A stretch of 64,000 bases of DNA from a virus, in IMG/VR virus record IMGVR_UViG_3300045988_079139, positions 68,378 to 132,377 of that record; one strand, 5' to 3'. A program made the translations under genes and the position numbers. Below the pieces are notes generated by a model. That model did not search any database and was not told the origin of the DNA. It worked only from the letters and a program-made list of their open reading frames with translations. Below, piece after piece: positions 36,721 through 46,310 of this stretch (position 1 is the first letter of the stretch; each line of letters begins with the position of its first letter).

Positions 36721-37166
36721 TTGTTTGCCTCCTCGTAGCGAATTTCAGTGCGGAGTTCCATCAGTAACATACCCAGCATATTGCGGCCAGGAATCTCTTG
36801 ACACTTCTGGCAAACACAATTACCCCAGGTATTATCGTGCCAAGTATTGCCCTCAATCAGCTCTTCATCACCAGTTGCAAGCAACATGGCTCTGAGCTTA
36901 GGGTCTTGGAACTTCAAACGGAGACCGCGCATCATTACATCGGTCTTAACTTCTTCCCAATCCTTTCGCAGAGTACAATGTCTACCCAGTCTCTTGGCCT
37001 TGCCAGGGGTATCTGCGATTGCAATAGATTTGAATTCTATAGGAATTTCAGTTTTCCAAGCTTGAAACCAGTTTTCCACAGTTGGGAATGTGATTCCATC
37101 AAAGGTAATGGGAGAGGGATAGAAGTTGCTCAAAAAAGCGTATTTTCCATCAAACATCGCAATCAT
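36717..37166 (-). CDS. NADAR (DUF1768/YbiA-like) domain protein
   Basis: FLSNFYPSPITFDGITFPTVENWFQAWK... Confidence 0.65.
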   Translation of the reverse strand: MIAMFDGKYAFLSNFYPSPITFDGITFPTVENWFQAWKTEIPIEFKSIAIADTPGKAKRLGRHCTLRKDWEEVKTDVMMRGLRLKFQDPKLRAMLLATGDEELIEGNTWHDNTWGNCVCQKCQEIPGRNMLGMLLMELRTEIRYEEANK

Positions 37167-37178
37167 AGCGATACCTCC

Positions 37179-37982
37179 TTAAAACCAAATATCGGGTTCT
37201 TTAGTGCTGTTTTCATGCCAAGTGCGAGTCTTGACACGAATATAGGGAAGAGCAATAGCTCTCTTATGGAGATTTCTCTTGTGACGCTCTTCAATATTGC
37301 GAAGAGTATCGTAGTCGGGCACTACTTCATCTAGGAGATAAGCATCCAGAACATCGTAGGTGAAACCCATATTATCTTCATCAGTCTTGCCACTCATGCC
37401 ATCACCAGGAGCCTTATGAATCAAATGTGCGGGAATTTCGTCCAGATTATCACCAATCTCAAGAACTTCACGAACATAATAATCCTTAAGGATAGCAAAG
37501 TCACCAGCTAAATCGCCATACTTGGTAGTATAGCCGACATATAGCTCGGAAGCGTTGCCAGTATTCATAACTCGACCGCCGATATCTGCAGCAACTGCAT
37601 ATAGCATAGCCATACGAATACGAGCAGGAGTATTTGTAGCAACAATGGGCTTGGAGTAAGCGGAACCAAACTGACCCTTAAACATAGTAGTAATAGGACC
37701 AATGTCAATGGTGCGATACTTAATACCAAGAATTTCGCAGACTTCAATCGAATCATTAATATCTGTCTGAACATTATCGGGCATTAGAACGCCATACACT
37801 CTATCTTTACCCAGCGCTCGGACGAGCAGAGCGGCCGCAATTGTAGAGTCCTTACCGCCAGAAATGCCGATGACAGCCTTGGTATCCTTATTACCATTTT
37901 CAACGAAATATCTCTTAATTTCGTCAACCATATGCTGAATCTCGGTCTCAGCATTAATTACCTTAAAATCAAAATCTCCCAT
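37179..37982 (-). CDS. nadE: NH3-dependent NAD+ synthetase
   Basis: PP-loop ISGGKDSTIAAALL; 267 aa. Confidence 0.85.
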   Translation of the reverse strand: MGDFDFKVINAETEIQHMVDEIKRYFVENGNKDTKAVIGISGGKDSTIAAALLVRALGKDRVYGVLMPDNVQTDINDSIEVCEILGIKYRTIDIGPITTMFKGQFGSAYSKPIVATNTPARIRMAMLYAVAADIGGRVMNTGNASELYVGYTTKYGDLAGDFAILKDYYVREVLEIGDNLDEIPAHLIHKAPGDGMSGKTDEDNMGFTYDVLDAYLLDEVVPDYDTLRNIEERHKRNLHKRAIALPYIRVKTRTWHENSTKEPDIWF

Positions 37983-37984
37983 AT

Positions 37985-38491
37985 TTACGCCTCCAATTTG
38001 TAAATATATACATCATAGTCCTCAGAGAGGGCTTCCCAAATCATTGTTTTTATAACTTCCCAATTTGCGCCACCAAGGCCGCAGCCAATATGGTCAGGAA
38101 AGCCAATTTTACTACCCATGGGTACTTGCTCCCTAATCTTGCCAAGACAAGACCAGAAGCCATCATAAGAAGTATACCTCTTACCATCATAGCCATAATA
38201 TTGCTGTGCAAACATATTTATCACAGTCTTGTCTACTTCAACGGGAACTAGCTGGATATCTCCAAGAAGAACTTCACTTACATCAATATGAGATTCCCAG
38301 CTGCCGCACATTTCAATTACTTTATTTCTTACACTATCGCACTTTGCGATATAATCATCATATACTCGATGCCACTTTGTCTTAATGCTCTTGGCAATGC
38401 CAGAGGCCATGCGCCCCTGGCAATTCACCTGATGACAGTAGTAATCCAACTTAGCTTCGAGCATATCACCTTTGACAAAGTGAATACTCAT
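37985..38491 (-). CDS. macro domain protein (ADP-ribose binding / deacylating)
   Basis: Starts at MSIHFVKGDMLE...DYYCHQVNCQGRMASGIAKSI. The ORF-track extension up to 38650 overlaps the NAMPT gene in another frame and is rejected. Confidence 0.65.
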   Translation of the reverse strand: MSIHFVKGDMLEAKLDYYCHQVNCQGRMASGIAKSIKTKWHRVYDDYIAKCDSVRNKVIEMCGSWESHIDVSEVLLGDIQLVPVEVDKTVINMFAQQYYGYDGKRYTSYDGFWSCLGKIREQVPMGSKIGFPDHIGCGLGGANWEVIKTMIWEALSEDYDVYIYKLEA

Positions 38492-38492
38492 A

Positions 38493-40325
38493 TTAGAAAC
38501 CCTCCGGATACATACGATTACGAATCTGAGCCAGAGTATCTTCGCGAGCCATCTCGCCATCGCAGAAGACCAGCTGAAGCAGATTATCATCGAAGTTAGC
38601 ATAATAGTGAGCCTGTTCGAAGGTCCACTCATCAGTGTAGCTTTCACCATCTAGAGCAACCTTTACGCAACCCTTCTGGCTCTTTTTCCAAGATAGTTCC
38701 TTGGGATTCTTGAAAATCATAATAGGCTTTGCGTCAACTTCACCATAGGTAGCCTTAATTGCGATACCAAATGTATCACGAGTGTAGGGATTATAGTGAA
38801 CGCCATTGCTATCATAAGTTTCCAGACACATGAAGCTGAAGGAGCCAACGCCAAGAGAAACATTGTTGATGGCATAGCCCTGCTGCGCCAGACGCTTATA
38901 AATCTCTTCGCAGCGCTGAGGAGTAATAGAATCGCCGTACAGAGCCTTGATGTAAGGAGGCAGAACCTTATAACCCTTTTCGTTCACAGTGTGACCGAAA
39001 ATCTGGTCAAGTGCCCATACCAAACCCATAATCTGAGCAGTACGTTCACATTCATGCCACTTAATTTCATAAGTGTCAATGAAGGAGTAATCACAATCGG
39101 TCCAGCCACCACGCTCTTCGCCCCAAACAGCCTTAAACTTTACTTCATAGAACTTACCATTGAAGTCAAAATAAATGGTTTCTTCAGAGTCGATGCCGGA
39201 ATCCCAGGCGTAGTCGAGCATCCAGTCGTGAGTGAACTCCTTGTCGACGAACAGGTCCTTAGCCTCGCACTCATCGTAAGGTTCATAGAACTCAATTTTC
39301 TTACCGGCCATAATCTCTACAGGGTCACCAGAGTCACCACGGATAGCCAGATAACCCTGATGCTCTTCGATTTCCTTTTTGCACTGAGGCAGAATGTTAG
39401 TCACCAGGTTCCAGAAGTCGTAGCTATCAGAAACCATAGAGAAGCTGGAAGTAGGATAAATCTCGGTCAGCAGACGCTTGATATGGGTAATCTCGTCACC
39501 ATCAACAGAGAAATTGGAACACATAACAGAGTGTTCGGTAGAAATTGCACCATAGCCAACTTCTTCCTTTTCGATGTCGCAGTTATAAAACTCTTCCATT
39601 GCCATAATTGCGGGAACGGTGGCGGTATTCAAGAAAGAGAGCAACCAACCCATAGAGGACTTCATCGCGGACTCAGGAGAATGCTGACCACGCATAGAGA
39701 AGTCACCGAGTAAACGAGCAGTGCGGACGTCCTCGCCGCAGGTCATATCCTTATACTTCTGGACAATCTTACGATAACGATAGCCGACTTCAGCGGAAAT
39801 CTGAATATGCCACATAAAGCAGGAATAAGCAGTTTCCAGAGTGTTGGTCAGCCAGGCGAAGTCAGGATGGGTGTTTACGAACACAGATTGGGGAACGCCA
39901 ATCTTGGTGCGAGTGCCCTCGGGAACAGTATACATAGCGATAGGTAGGTAACCCAGGCGATGCAGCTTGCGAATCTTCTCGGGATTGTAGGTACCAGGAC
40001 CCAGAGTGTAAGTCAGCACACGATTGTACTCCTTGCAGACTTCATCTTCGGAACGATTGAAGAAGTGCTCATTGAAAGCACCAATTAGATAACTCTTGGC
40101 GAACATCTGACCGCCGAAGTAGGTCACGTGGTCAGTGTCCTTGAGGCGGGTCATACGGGGAGTATAGGGAGAATAGCATAGAGTCATATTGGCAGGATAC
40201 TGCTCGGAGTGAACGGCTTTGTAGAAATCAATCATCAGAAGCGGATTATACATATTATCAGTTTCCTTTCTTTTTTCTCGCAATTCGGATTTTCTTACTC
40301 TCAATCTTATTGGGAATGTGCTCAC
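38493..40325 (-). CDS. nadV: nicotinamide phosphoribosyltransferase family protein (NadV / Namat-like)
   Basis: Aligns with NAMPT: FSMVSDSYDFWNLV vs VSVVSDSYDIYNAC, IRGDSGDP vs IRPDSGNP, GYKVLPPYIKALYGD vs GYKLLPPYLRVIQGD. It is 610 aa, longer than typical NAMPT. Confidence 0.85.
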   Translation of the reverse strand: MSTFPIRLRVRKSELREKRKETDNMYNPLLMIDFYKAVHSEQYPANMTLCYSPYTPRMTRLKDTDHVTYFGGQMFAKSYLIGAFNEHFFNRSEDEVCKEYNRVLTYTLGPGTYNPEKIRKLHRLGYLPIAMYTVPEGTRTKIGVPQSVFVNTHPDFAWLTNTLETAYSCFMWHIQISAEVGYRYRKIVQKYKDMTCGEDVRTARLLGDFSMRGQHSPESAMKSSMGWLLSFLNTATVPAIMAMEEFYNCDIEKEEVGYGAISTEHSVMCSNFSVDGDEITHIKRLLTEIYPTSSFSMVSDSYDFWNLVTNILPQCKKEIEEHQGYLAIRGDSGDPVEIMAGKKIEFYEPYDECEAKDLFVDKEFTHDWMLDYAWDSGIDSEETIYFDFNGKFYEVKFKAVWGEERGGWTDCDYSFIDTYEIKWHECERTAQIMGLVWALDQIFGHTVNEKGYKVLPPYIKALYGDSITPQRCEEIYKRLAQQGYAINNVSLGVGSFSFMCLETYDSNGVHYNPYTRDTFGIAIKATYGEVDAKPIMIFKNPKELSWKKSQKGCVKVALDGESYTDEWTFEQAHYYANFDDNLLQLVFCDGEMAREDTLAQIRNRMYPEGF

Positions 40326-40506
40326 GAGTTGCCAATTCAGCCTTTACGCGAGCCTGATAGGCTGCTTTAGCAGTGCAATCATCGGGAGTCCAATCGTAGT
40401 CACCCCAACGATAAGTGTGACGCAGATGTGCCAGAAGCTGGCGGGTTTTCATATTTTTCATCTGTTCCTCAGAGAGGATTTCACAGTCTTTTTCAAAATT
40501 ACTCAT
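40258..40506 (-). CDS. small basic hypothetical protein
   Basis: 82-aa ORF with AAGGAG ribosome-binding site and consensus promoter upstream. Confidence 0.4.
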   Translation of the reverse strand: MSNFEKDCEILSEEQMKNMKTRQLLAHLRHTYRWGDYDWTPDDCTAKAAYQARVKAELATREHIPNKIESKKIRIARKKKGN

Positions 40507-40534
40507 TTAATCATCTCCTTTACTTTCTATATAT

Positions 40535-40563
40535 ATTATATCATATTTTTTATAAAAAATCAA
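40535..40563 (-). promoter_or_regulatory. consensus cassette promoter
   Basis: Forward attata 40535-40540, aatcaa 40558-40563, followed by an AAGGAG ribosome-binding site. Confidence 0.6.
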
Positions 40564-40592
40564 AAAAGACCCTCTTGTTTAGAGGGTCTTTC
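40562..40592 (-). terminator. intrinsic terminator hairpin
   Basis: aaaaaa gaccctct tgtt tagagggtc, abutting the -35 of the next promoter. Confidence 0.6.
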
Positions 40593-40593
40593 T

Positions 40594-41004
40594 TTATTCT
40601 TCAGTTGGAGGGTCGCTATAGAACTCAATACCGCACTCTCCCGACTCGGGGAACCATTCGGCAATCGAAGTAATTTTACCATCGTAGTCAGTAATTACAA
40701 TATATTCCATTCCATCGCTCATTACAAGGAAATAAGTCCAGCAAGCACATCGATACTCCTGCAGCATAAATACATCTGGAACATGAGCTAAAATTGTATC
40801 AATAAAATCTTCGTTCCCAATTCTAGGACCAATCATGTCCTCCAAGATGAGAATGGCATTCTCATTAAGGTCGGGGACAGATTCAACAGTTGTTTCTGTA
40901 GAGGGCGTGGTTTCCTCCTCATAAGGGGTGTCACAAGCAATAAGTGACACACAAAGGCAAATTGCCAAAATAAAGCAAATAAAAAGTTTAATCGCTTTCT
41001 TCAT
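40594..41004 (-). CDS. putative lipoprotein
   Basis: Signal peptide with lipobox LIAC. Confidence 0.55.
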   Translation of the reverse strand: MKKAIKLFICFILAICLCVSLIACDTPYEEETTPSTETTVESVPDLNENAILILEDMIGPRIGNEDFIDTILAHVPDVFMLQEYRCACWTYFLVMSDGMEYIVITDYDGKITSIAEWFPESGECGIEFYSDPPTEE

Positions 41005-41777
41005 TACGCTTCTCCTTCTGGAATTTCAATTAAATTAAATACATCTTGAATATCTTCGTGAAACACTAACGCCGCAGTAAAGTCCGCAACTGTAGGGTCT
41101 CGATTGATTACAACTAAATGGTCATCATCGCAGTAGAACGGCAGGCTGGCAGCAGGTTGAACGGTCAGAGAACTACCAACAACAATCATTAAGTCAGCTT
41201 GACCTGCTGCCACCTGGGCGTTCATCCAGGCAGGTTGAGCCAGTCCTTCACCATACAGTACGATATCTGGTCTGATTGTAGCTTCACCACCGCACAGAGC
41301 GCACTTGGGAACACCAAACATATTATCATGGTTTCCATCCAGCACGTCATTAGGAAAATACAGGTCATATCCGCAATCCTGGCAATACCAGCGACTCATA
41401 GTGCCATGGACCGCATATACCTTATCCATTCCAGTTTCTTCGTGCAATCCGTCAATATTTTGTGTAATGACAGACACATCTCTTGCTTGCTGCAGCTCAC
41501 AAATTCTTTGATGGGCGATGGTTGGCTTAGCTCCACGAAAATCCATTTTATCACGCAGATACTGGAAAAAAGCCTCCTCGTGCGCATACAGACAAGTATT
41601 GCTCAGCATATACTCGGGACTTCTGCCGCCAATTCCCGGCGCAGAATATAAACCGTCTGCGCTACGAAAATCCGGAATTCCGGAGCCGGTGGAAATACCA
41701 GCTCCGGTAAAGAACACGATATGCCGAGCGTCCGCAATCATTTTATTCAGTTTTGCAATACGCTCATTAAAATCCAT
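41004..41777 (-). CDS. Sir2-family NAD-dependent deacylase (sirtuin)
   Basis: GAGISTGSGIPDFR and zinc ribbon CQDCG...CALCGG. Confidence 0.85.
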   Translation of the reverse strand: MDFNERIAKLNKMIADARHIVFFTGAGISTGSGIPDFRSADGLYSAPGIGGRSPEYMLSNTCLYAHEEAFFQYLRDKMDFRGAKPTIAHQRICELQQARDVSVITQNIDGLHEETGMDKVYAVHGTMSRWYCQDCGYDLYFPNDVLDGNHDNMFGVPKCALCGGEATIRPDIVLYGEGLAQPAWMNAQVAAGQADLMIVVGSSLTVQPAASLPFYCDDDHLVVINRDPTVADFTAALVFHEDIQDVFNLIEIPEGEA

Positions 41778-41779
41778 TT

Positions 41780-42277
41780 TTATTCTCCTAACACTGCTTT
41801 GACGCAGGCATCGCCCGTAGCCATAGCTTCCTTTAGTGCCTCCTGGGCAACCTTCATATCGCAGCCTTCTTTCTTCAAGAAAGGCATCACATTTTTCATA
41901 ATGATACCCTTATTCTGAGAAACAATGGAAACTGCGTTACAGACACCCCAGTAGTTAATCATCTTAACGATTTCATCCTTGTCGTCAATTACCTTAGGAG
42001 CATACTCCGCAGCAATCGCCAACTTCATCAAATATTCTGCTTTCTTTTCAGCATACTTCTCGGTGTCAGGACAGGTGTCTACCATTTCCTGAACGGTTTT
42101 CTTATACTTCAGCAACACTTCATCGACAAAAGCATCAGTGATTTCTACCCTCTTTTTACCAGATGTAGCAGCTTTGTCGATTGTGGCGACCATATCAGCC
42201 AGAGTCAAACGTCTCAGCTTGTCGCCGTTTTTCAAGGCAGCTGTCATTTCTGCCTTAATAGACTCATACTTATTCAT
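41780..42277 (-). CDS. GatB/YqeY domain protein
   Basis: YqeY-like helical sequence (AALKNGDKLRRLTLADMVATI...). Confidence 0.55.
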   Translation of the reverse strand: MNKYESIKAEMTAALKNGDKLRRLTLADMVATIDKAATSGKKRVEITDAFVDEVLLKYKKTVQEMVDTCPDTEKYAEKKAEYLMKLAIAAEYAPKVIDDKDEIVKMINYWGVCNAVSIVSQNKGIIMKNVMPFLKKEGCDMKVAQEALKEAMATGDACVKAVLGE

Positions 42278-42294
42278 TGGAGCCTACTCCTTTC

Positions 42295-43131
42295 TTATTT
42301 CATAATGGTAATCCAGTCAGCCCAGTAGGGGTCATAGCCATGGCTACTCTCACATAGCTTTGCGGGGAAGATGGATTCAGTGGTATATACATGGTCAACT
42401 AGACCGTCGGATGCAGCAAGTTCACCAAGAGTAATGGTTTCCTCACAGTGAGTGACATACAGACTTACGCTCTTGGCACCAGCAGCTTTCAGAGCCTTGG
42501 CAGAGTGGTAGAAAGTACCACCGCGGGAGCAAATATCATCAACAATTAGAACATCCTTGCCAACGATATTGTCAGTGTTGATAATATCCAGACCCTCAAT
42601 CTTACCAGTCTTCCAATCTCGCTTTTTCATTCCAAAAGCGTAAGGCAGTTCGGACTCGCTGGAATACCGCTTCATAGCGCCTTCATCGGGATAGAACATT
42701 GCGTTTGCACCGGACAGCTCAATCGCTTTTCTGATATAAGCCTTAACACCGGTATCACATACATTGTCAATGAGAGCCAGGCTCACGTTGCTATGAGCAT
42801 CACGCACCCAAACAATAGAGAAATGCAGAGAATTGATAACTTCTGCAAAATACTTTAGAGTAAAAACATCTTCGTCAGCTTTTACTCTATCCATACGAGC
42901 GTGAGGAATATAGGGCATATCCAGGATAACTCGCTCGCCAGGGAAATGAGTATCGATATGGCGCTTCACGCAAATCAGAGTGAAGAGCTCGCTATCGCCT
43001 TCATAGAGCCATTCTACCTTAACTGCTCCATGATGGTCAAACATTTCATCAGGATTCAGCTTCAGAAGCAGGGAATGGTCGGGGAACATATTCTGACCCC
43101 AAGGAATGGAAATCTCACCAACTCTAATCAT
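42295..43131 (-). CDS. ribose-phosphate pyrophosphokinase family protein (Prs / ADPR-PP synthase Adps-like)
   Basis: MPYIPHARMDRV and PRPP-binding loop VLIVDDICSRGGT. Confidence 0.75.
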   Translation of the reverse strand: MIRVGEISIPWGQNMFPDHSLLLKLNPDEMFDHHGAVKVEWLYEGDSELFTLICVKRHIDTHFPGERVILDMPYIPHARMDRVKADEDVFTLKYFAEVINSLHFSIVWVRDAHSNVSLALIDNVCDTGVKAYIRKAIELSGANAMFYPDEGAMKRYSSESELPYAFGMKKRDWKTGKIEGLDIINTDNIVGKDVLIVDDICSRGGTFYHSAKALKAAGAKSVSLYVTHCEETITLGELAASDGLVDHVYTTESIFPAKLCESSHGYDPYWADWITIMK

Positions 43132-43143
43132 ATCTTATCCTCC

Positions 43144-43734
43144 TTAGATAATGTTAATCTGGCAGAGCTTCATAGCTTCCAGGGCGGTTTTATGGGATTC
43201 GGGAGTGACGCAAGCGCAGCAGTCAGCTACGATATTGACAGGAACTTCAGGCAGAGTTGCCTTTGCCAGAATGGCATTGGACATAACACAGATGCCAGTG
43301 CATAGACCCATCAGAGTAACCTCTTCAACGCCCATACGCTCGTTAATATCGAACAGAATATTCTGCAGTTCGACAGAGCCAAAAGTAGGCTTCTCAACCT
43401 TGATAGGATTGATTTCGGTCATGGGATAGACTTCATATGCGTCGGCATAAGTGTCGATGACATTGATGTAAGCATTAAATACTTCATCAACAATGGAATG
43501 ACCCGCAGTGCCTTTGATACAGTGAGGAACAGGTAGATTCTTACCTTCCAGAGTGCTCATATAATTATCGGGGTGAGTATCCTTGGTAAAGATAACCACG
43601 GTATCGGGGGCTGCCATCTGTTCAATAGTTTCTGCGACCAGAGGAACGATTGCCTGTGCCTCCTTGGTGCCAAGAGAACCATCGACGAAATCCTTCTGCA
43701 TATCTACAACAATAAGAACTTTCATATAATTCAT
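43144..43734 (-). CDS. pncA: isochorismatase-family hydrolase, nicotinamidase (PncA)-like
   Basis: Cysteine hydrolase fold with MGLCTGICV. Confidence 0.7.
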   Translation of the reverse strand: MNYMKVLIVVDMQKDFVDGSLGTKEAQAIVPLVAETIEQMAAPDTVVIFTKDTHPDNYMSTLEGKNLPVPHCIKGTAGHSIVDEVFNAYINVIDTYADAYEVYPMTEINPIKVEKPTFGSVELQNILFDINERMGVEEVTLMGLCTGICVMSNAILAKATLPEVPVNIVADCCACVTPESHKTALEAMKLCQINII

Positions 43735-43759
43735 ATCCTTTCCTTTACTTTACATATAT

Positions 43760-43788
43760 ATTATAACATAAATTTTAATAAAAATCAA
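43760..43788 (-). promoter_or_regulatory. consensus cassette promoter
   Basis: Forward attata 43760-43765, aatcaa 43783-43788. Confidence 0.6.
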
Positions 43789-43822
43789 AAAATCCCTTTG
43801 GAGTTAACCAAAGGGATTTTAC
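43788..43822 (-). terminator. intrinsic terminator hairpin
   Basis: aaaaaa tccctttgg agttaa ccaaaggga. Confidence 0.6.
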
Positions 43823-43895
43823 TTAATGAGTTAGTCCATACACCATTAGTGCGATATAGGCAATAATTGCCACACAAGAGAAAAAAACTCTCAAT

Positions 43896-44171
43896 TTAAT
43901 TCACTCCAGTGCAGTATGGACACTTGGCTCCATCTTCAATAAGGAAATAGGTGCCTTCGGAAAGATAAATAGAGCCATATTCCTTAGTATGGACTTCACA
44001 ACCCAACTCATTATCATGCCAGCTGGAAACGGTAGCGCACTTACCTGCAACGCCATCAGAGAAATGAACATGGGTAAAATTGTAATTACCAATGCCCCAG
44101 TTCTCATTGCCGCAAGCACATAGAGACAAGCACAAAGCCAGTGCCAAAATCAGAGCAAAAATCTTCTTCAT
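43896..44171 (-). CDS. putative lipoprotein
   Basis: Signal peptide with lipobox LCAC. Confidence 0.55.
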   Translation of the reverse strand: MKKIFALILALALCLSLCACGNENWGIGNYNFTHVHFSDGVAGKCATVSSWHDNELGCEVHTKEYGSIYLSEGTYFLIEDGAKCPYCTGVN

Positions 44172-44183
44172 TTCAGTTCCTCC

Positions 44184-44480
44184 TTAGGAGAGCAGATTCT
44201 CGAAGTTTGCGATAACCTTCTCATTATCGTGCTTCAGAGTATCCAAAGATGTATTGGTTGCAGATAGAGCAACAATCTTACTGTCGTTGCTTGCGTGCTC
44301 CTGGTCAATGGCTTCATTTGTAGCCTTCAGCTGGTCAATTGTAGAACGAATGAGGCTAACAGCATTTGCAGACTGATTCTGAAGCGCTTCCAGACGACTA
44401 ACTTTCTTATTAAACATACTCATAGCGGTTTTCTCCTTTAATGTAAGTGATATGTATTTAAACTGCCACAATAGTGGCAA
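44184..44480 (-). CDS. hypothetical protein
   Basis: 98-aa ORF. Confidence 0.4.
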   Translation of the reverse strand: MPLLWQFKYISLTLKEKTAMSMFNKKVSRLEALQNQSANAVSLIRSTIDQLKATNEAIDQEHASNDSKIVALSATNTSLDTLKHDNEKVIANFENLLS

Positions 44481-44710
44481 AAGTTTTGTTCGTTACGAGG
44501 AACGGCTTCGCCGGTCCCATAGAATTTAGCTTGGCGCGTGCCGCAAGCCTTACAGATAATTTCGCTATTATCTCCATAAACCCATTCGGATTTACCTCGC
44601 TCAGCGCCTTCCGCAAACCCAACTTGGAATCCTCTCTTATAGGCTTGCTCTTGGAGTGTATATTTATCCATTATGTTCCCTCTCCTGCTCTTAATGCGAC
44701 AAGGTCGCAA
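44438..44710 (-). CDS. small zinc-ribbon protein
   Basis: CKACG...CHYCG. Confidence 0.4.
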   Translation of the reverse strand: MRPCRIKSRRGNIMDKYTLQEQAYKRGFQVGFAEGAERGKSEWVYGDNSEIICKACGTRQAKFYGTGEAVPRNEQNFCHYCGSLNTYHLH

Positions 44711-44889
44711 TACTTTCTTTCTCCATCGCCGACCTTAATCCAACAGAATTCTTCAGCGTGAGTTTTAATTACCCAAACTTCTCCCGCTTCTGGAATATCT
44801 TGGGAGTGGCTACATAGCCACTCCGCATATTCAGCCATTGAGCGGAAATCAAACAGCTTCGGCCGCAGTATCCTCTTCATCCAATCCAT
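44671..44889 (-). CDS. hypothetical protein
   Basis: 72-aa ORF. Confidence 0.35.
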   Translation of the reverse strand: MDWMKRILRPKLFDFRSMAEYAEWLCSHSQDIPEAGEVWVIKTHAEEFCWIKVGDGERKYCDLVALRAGEGT

Positions 44890-46294
44890 CGGCTTCCTCC
44901 ATGTCAGGCGCCTCAGCGGTTTCCTTAATGATGCCTTCCAAGACCTTGAACTGGAAGTTCTTATGCTTGTAAGCAGTGAAAGTAGGACGATTGATTACAC
45001 GAATTACGACACCCTCACGGATGTGAGTGGGGTCAATAGGCTCTTCACCATCGTAGAACTCTTCTGCCTTAGCCAATACGAACTGACCGGGGTCAGTGTA
45101 CTCGCAAGAGGTACCAGTGAACACTTCCTCGTCGGGGATGAAACCATACCAGTGGACGGGGACACACTTAACACCCATGTACATACAACGATGATGCATC
45201 TGGTCAGGAGTGTATTCCACAACCTCACCATCTTCGTTAGTCATAGTCATACGATATACATAGATATCATTTTGAGGCTTTTTAGCCAAAACATTACCAT
45301 TGGGGTCTTTGGGGTCAGGAGTTACTCCCCAACCATCGGTGCTAGGGCCATAACCAGAAGGAGAGCAACCATAAGAGAAGACAGTCTTTTCACCGTACTT
45401 CTTAACGAACTCCTTATCCTTCAGCTTCTTGTTGTCGCAGACACCCATAATAGAACCACCATCATGAGTAAAGCCAACAATCTCGTAGTAGACAGTTTCG
45501 CCCTTTAGCAACTTACCCTCGAAGAAATCATGGTAAGGCTTACGGAACTCATTAGAGCCATAGAAGCCACCATCGAAAGTGTCAAGGACAGTACGACGAG
45601 TACCAGATACGATACCCCAATCGTAGATAGGAGTACCCTCACGACGGAATAGCTTATCCCAGATAGTGCGCTTCATACCCTGAAAGACCTTGGTATGAGA
45701 AGTACGAGCGGAAGTTCCGTGGAGCTTACGAGTAATCTCAATCAAGTCACCAGGCTTGAACATATGCAGGTTGTAAGCCAGCTGTTCAGTATCGATGTGC
45801 TCGTAGAACACAGGTGCGATAGAGCGCTTTGCCTTACGCTTAGCACGCTTACCAGCACCGCCCGCAGAGGTAGCAGGATGCTTGCCACGAGGAATATACT
45901 TACGACAGATTTCATGACCATTCACAGTGGTGATAGTATCACCGATATTCAAGGAGTCCATGTCTACGCCAGTGTACTCCAAGCACTTCAAAGGCAAGAA
46001 CAGACCGTCAGACTGCTCACCACGCAGCTTAATCGCCTTGACATTGCGCTTAGCGGGGTCCATGTATCCGCCGGAAACATTGACACCATTTTCATATACA
46101 GCCAGAAGACCATTCTTCTGACAGAACTCCATAGACAGCTGCAGGTCTACGGGGAAGTAAACACCGATTTCACCCTCGTGATACATATCCTTATTTACGC
46201 AAACAGTGTTCACAAAACAAGTTGCTAGTACCAGCTTATCGGCATTGGGGTGCTTACGCACATTATTCAAAGTAGTTACATATCCACAATGCAT
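44849..46294 (-). CDS. RNA ligase (Rnl2-like nucleotidyltransferase) with N-terminal tRNA-binding OB domain
   Basis: N-terminal HPNADKLVLATCFV (Trbp111/CsaA-like) and motif I KLHGTS (compare T4 Rnl2 KIHGTN). Confidence 0.65.
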   Translation of the reverse strand: MHCGYVTTLNNVRKHPNADKLVLATCFVNTVCVNKDMYHEGEIGVYFPVDLQLSMEFCQKNGLLAVYENGVNVSGGYMDPAKRNVKAIKLRGEQSDGLFLPLKCLEYTGVDMDSLNIGDTITTVNGHEICRKYIPRGKHPATSAGGAGKRAKRKAKRSIAPVFYEHIDTEQLAYNLHMFKPGDLIEITRKLHGTSARTSHTKVFQGMKRTIWDKLFRREGTPIYDWGIVSGTRRTVLDTFDGGFYGSNEFRKPYHDFFEGKLLKGETVYYEIVGFTHDGGSIMGVCDNKKLKDKEFVKKYGEKTVFSYGCSPSGYGPSTDGWGVTPDPKDPNGNVLAKKPQNDIYVYRMTMTNEDGEVVEYTPDQMHHRCMYMGVKCVPVHWYGFIPDEEVFTGTSCEYTDPGQFVLAKAEEFYDGEEPIDPTHIREGVVIRVINRPTFTAYKHKNFQFKVLEGIIKETAEAPDMEEADGLDEEDTAAEAV

Positions 46295-46310
46295 AGGACA
46301 TTCTCCTTTC

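Noticed and set aside
37985-38650. The first ~53 aa of the ORF-track macro-domain ORF.
   Set aside because: The extension overlaps the 3' end of the NAMPT gene in another frame and has no homology. The macro domain begins at the internal Met (MSIHFVKGD), 1 nt after the NAMPT stop.
38796-39713. 305-aa plus-strand ORF.
   Set aside because: Shadow of the NAMPT-family gene.
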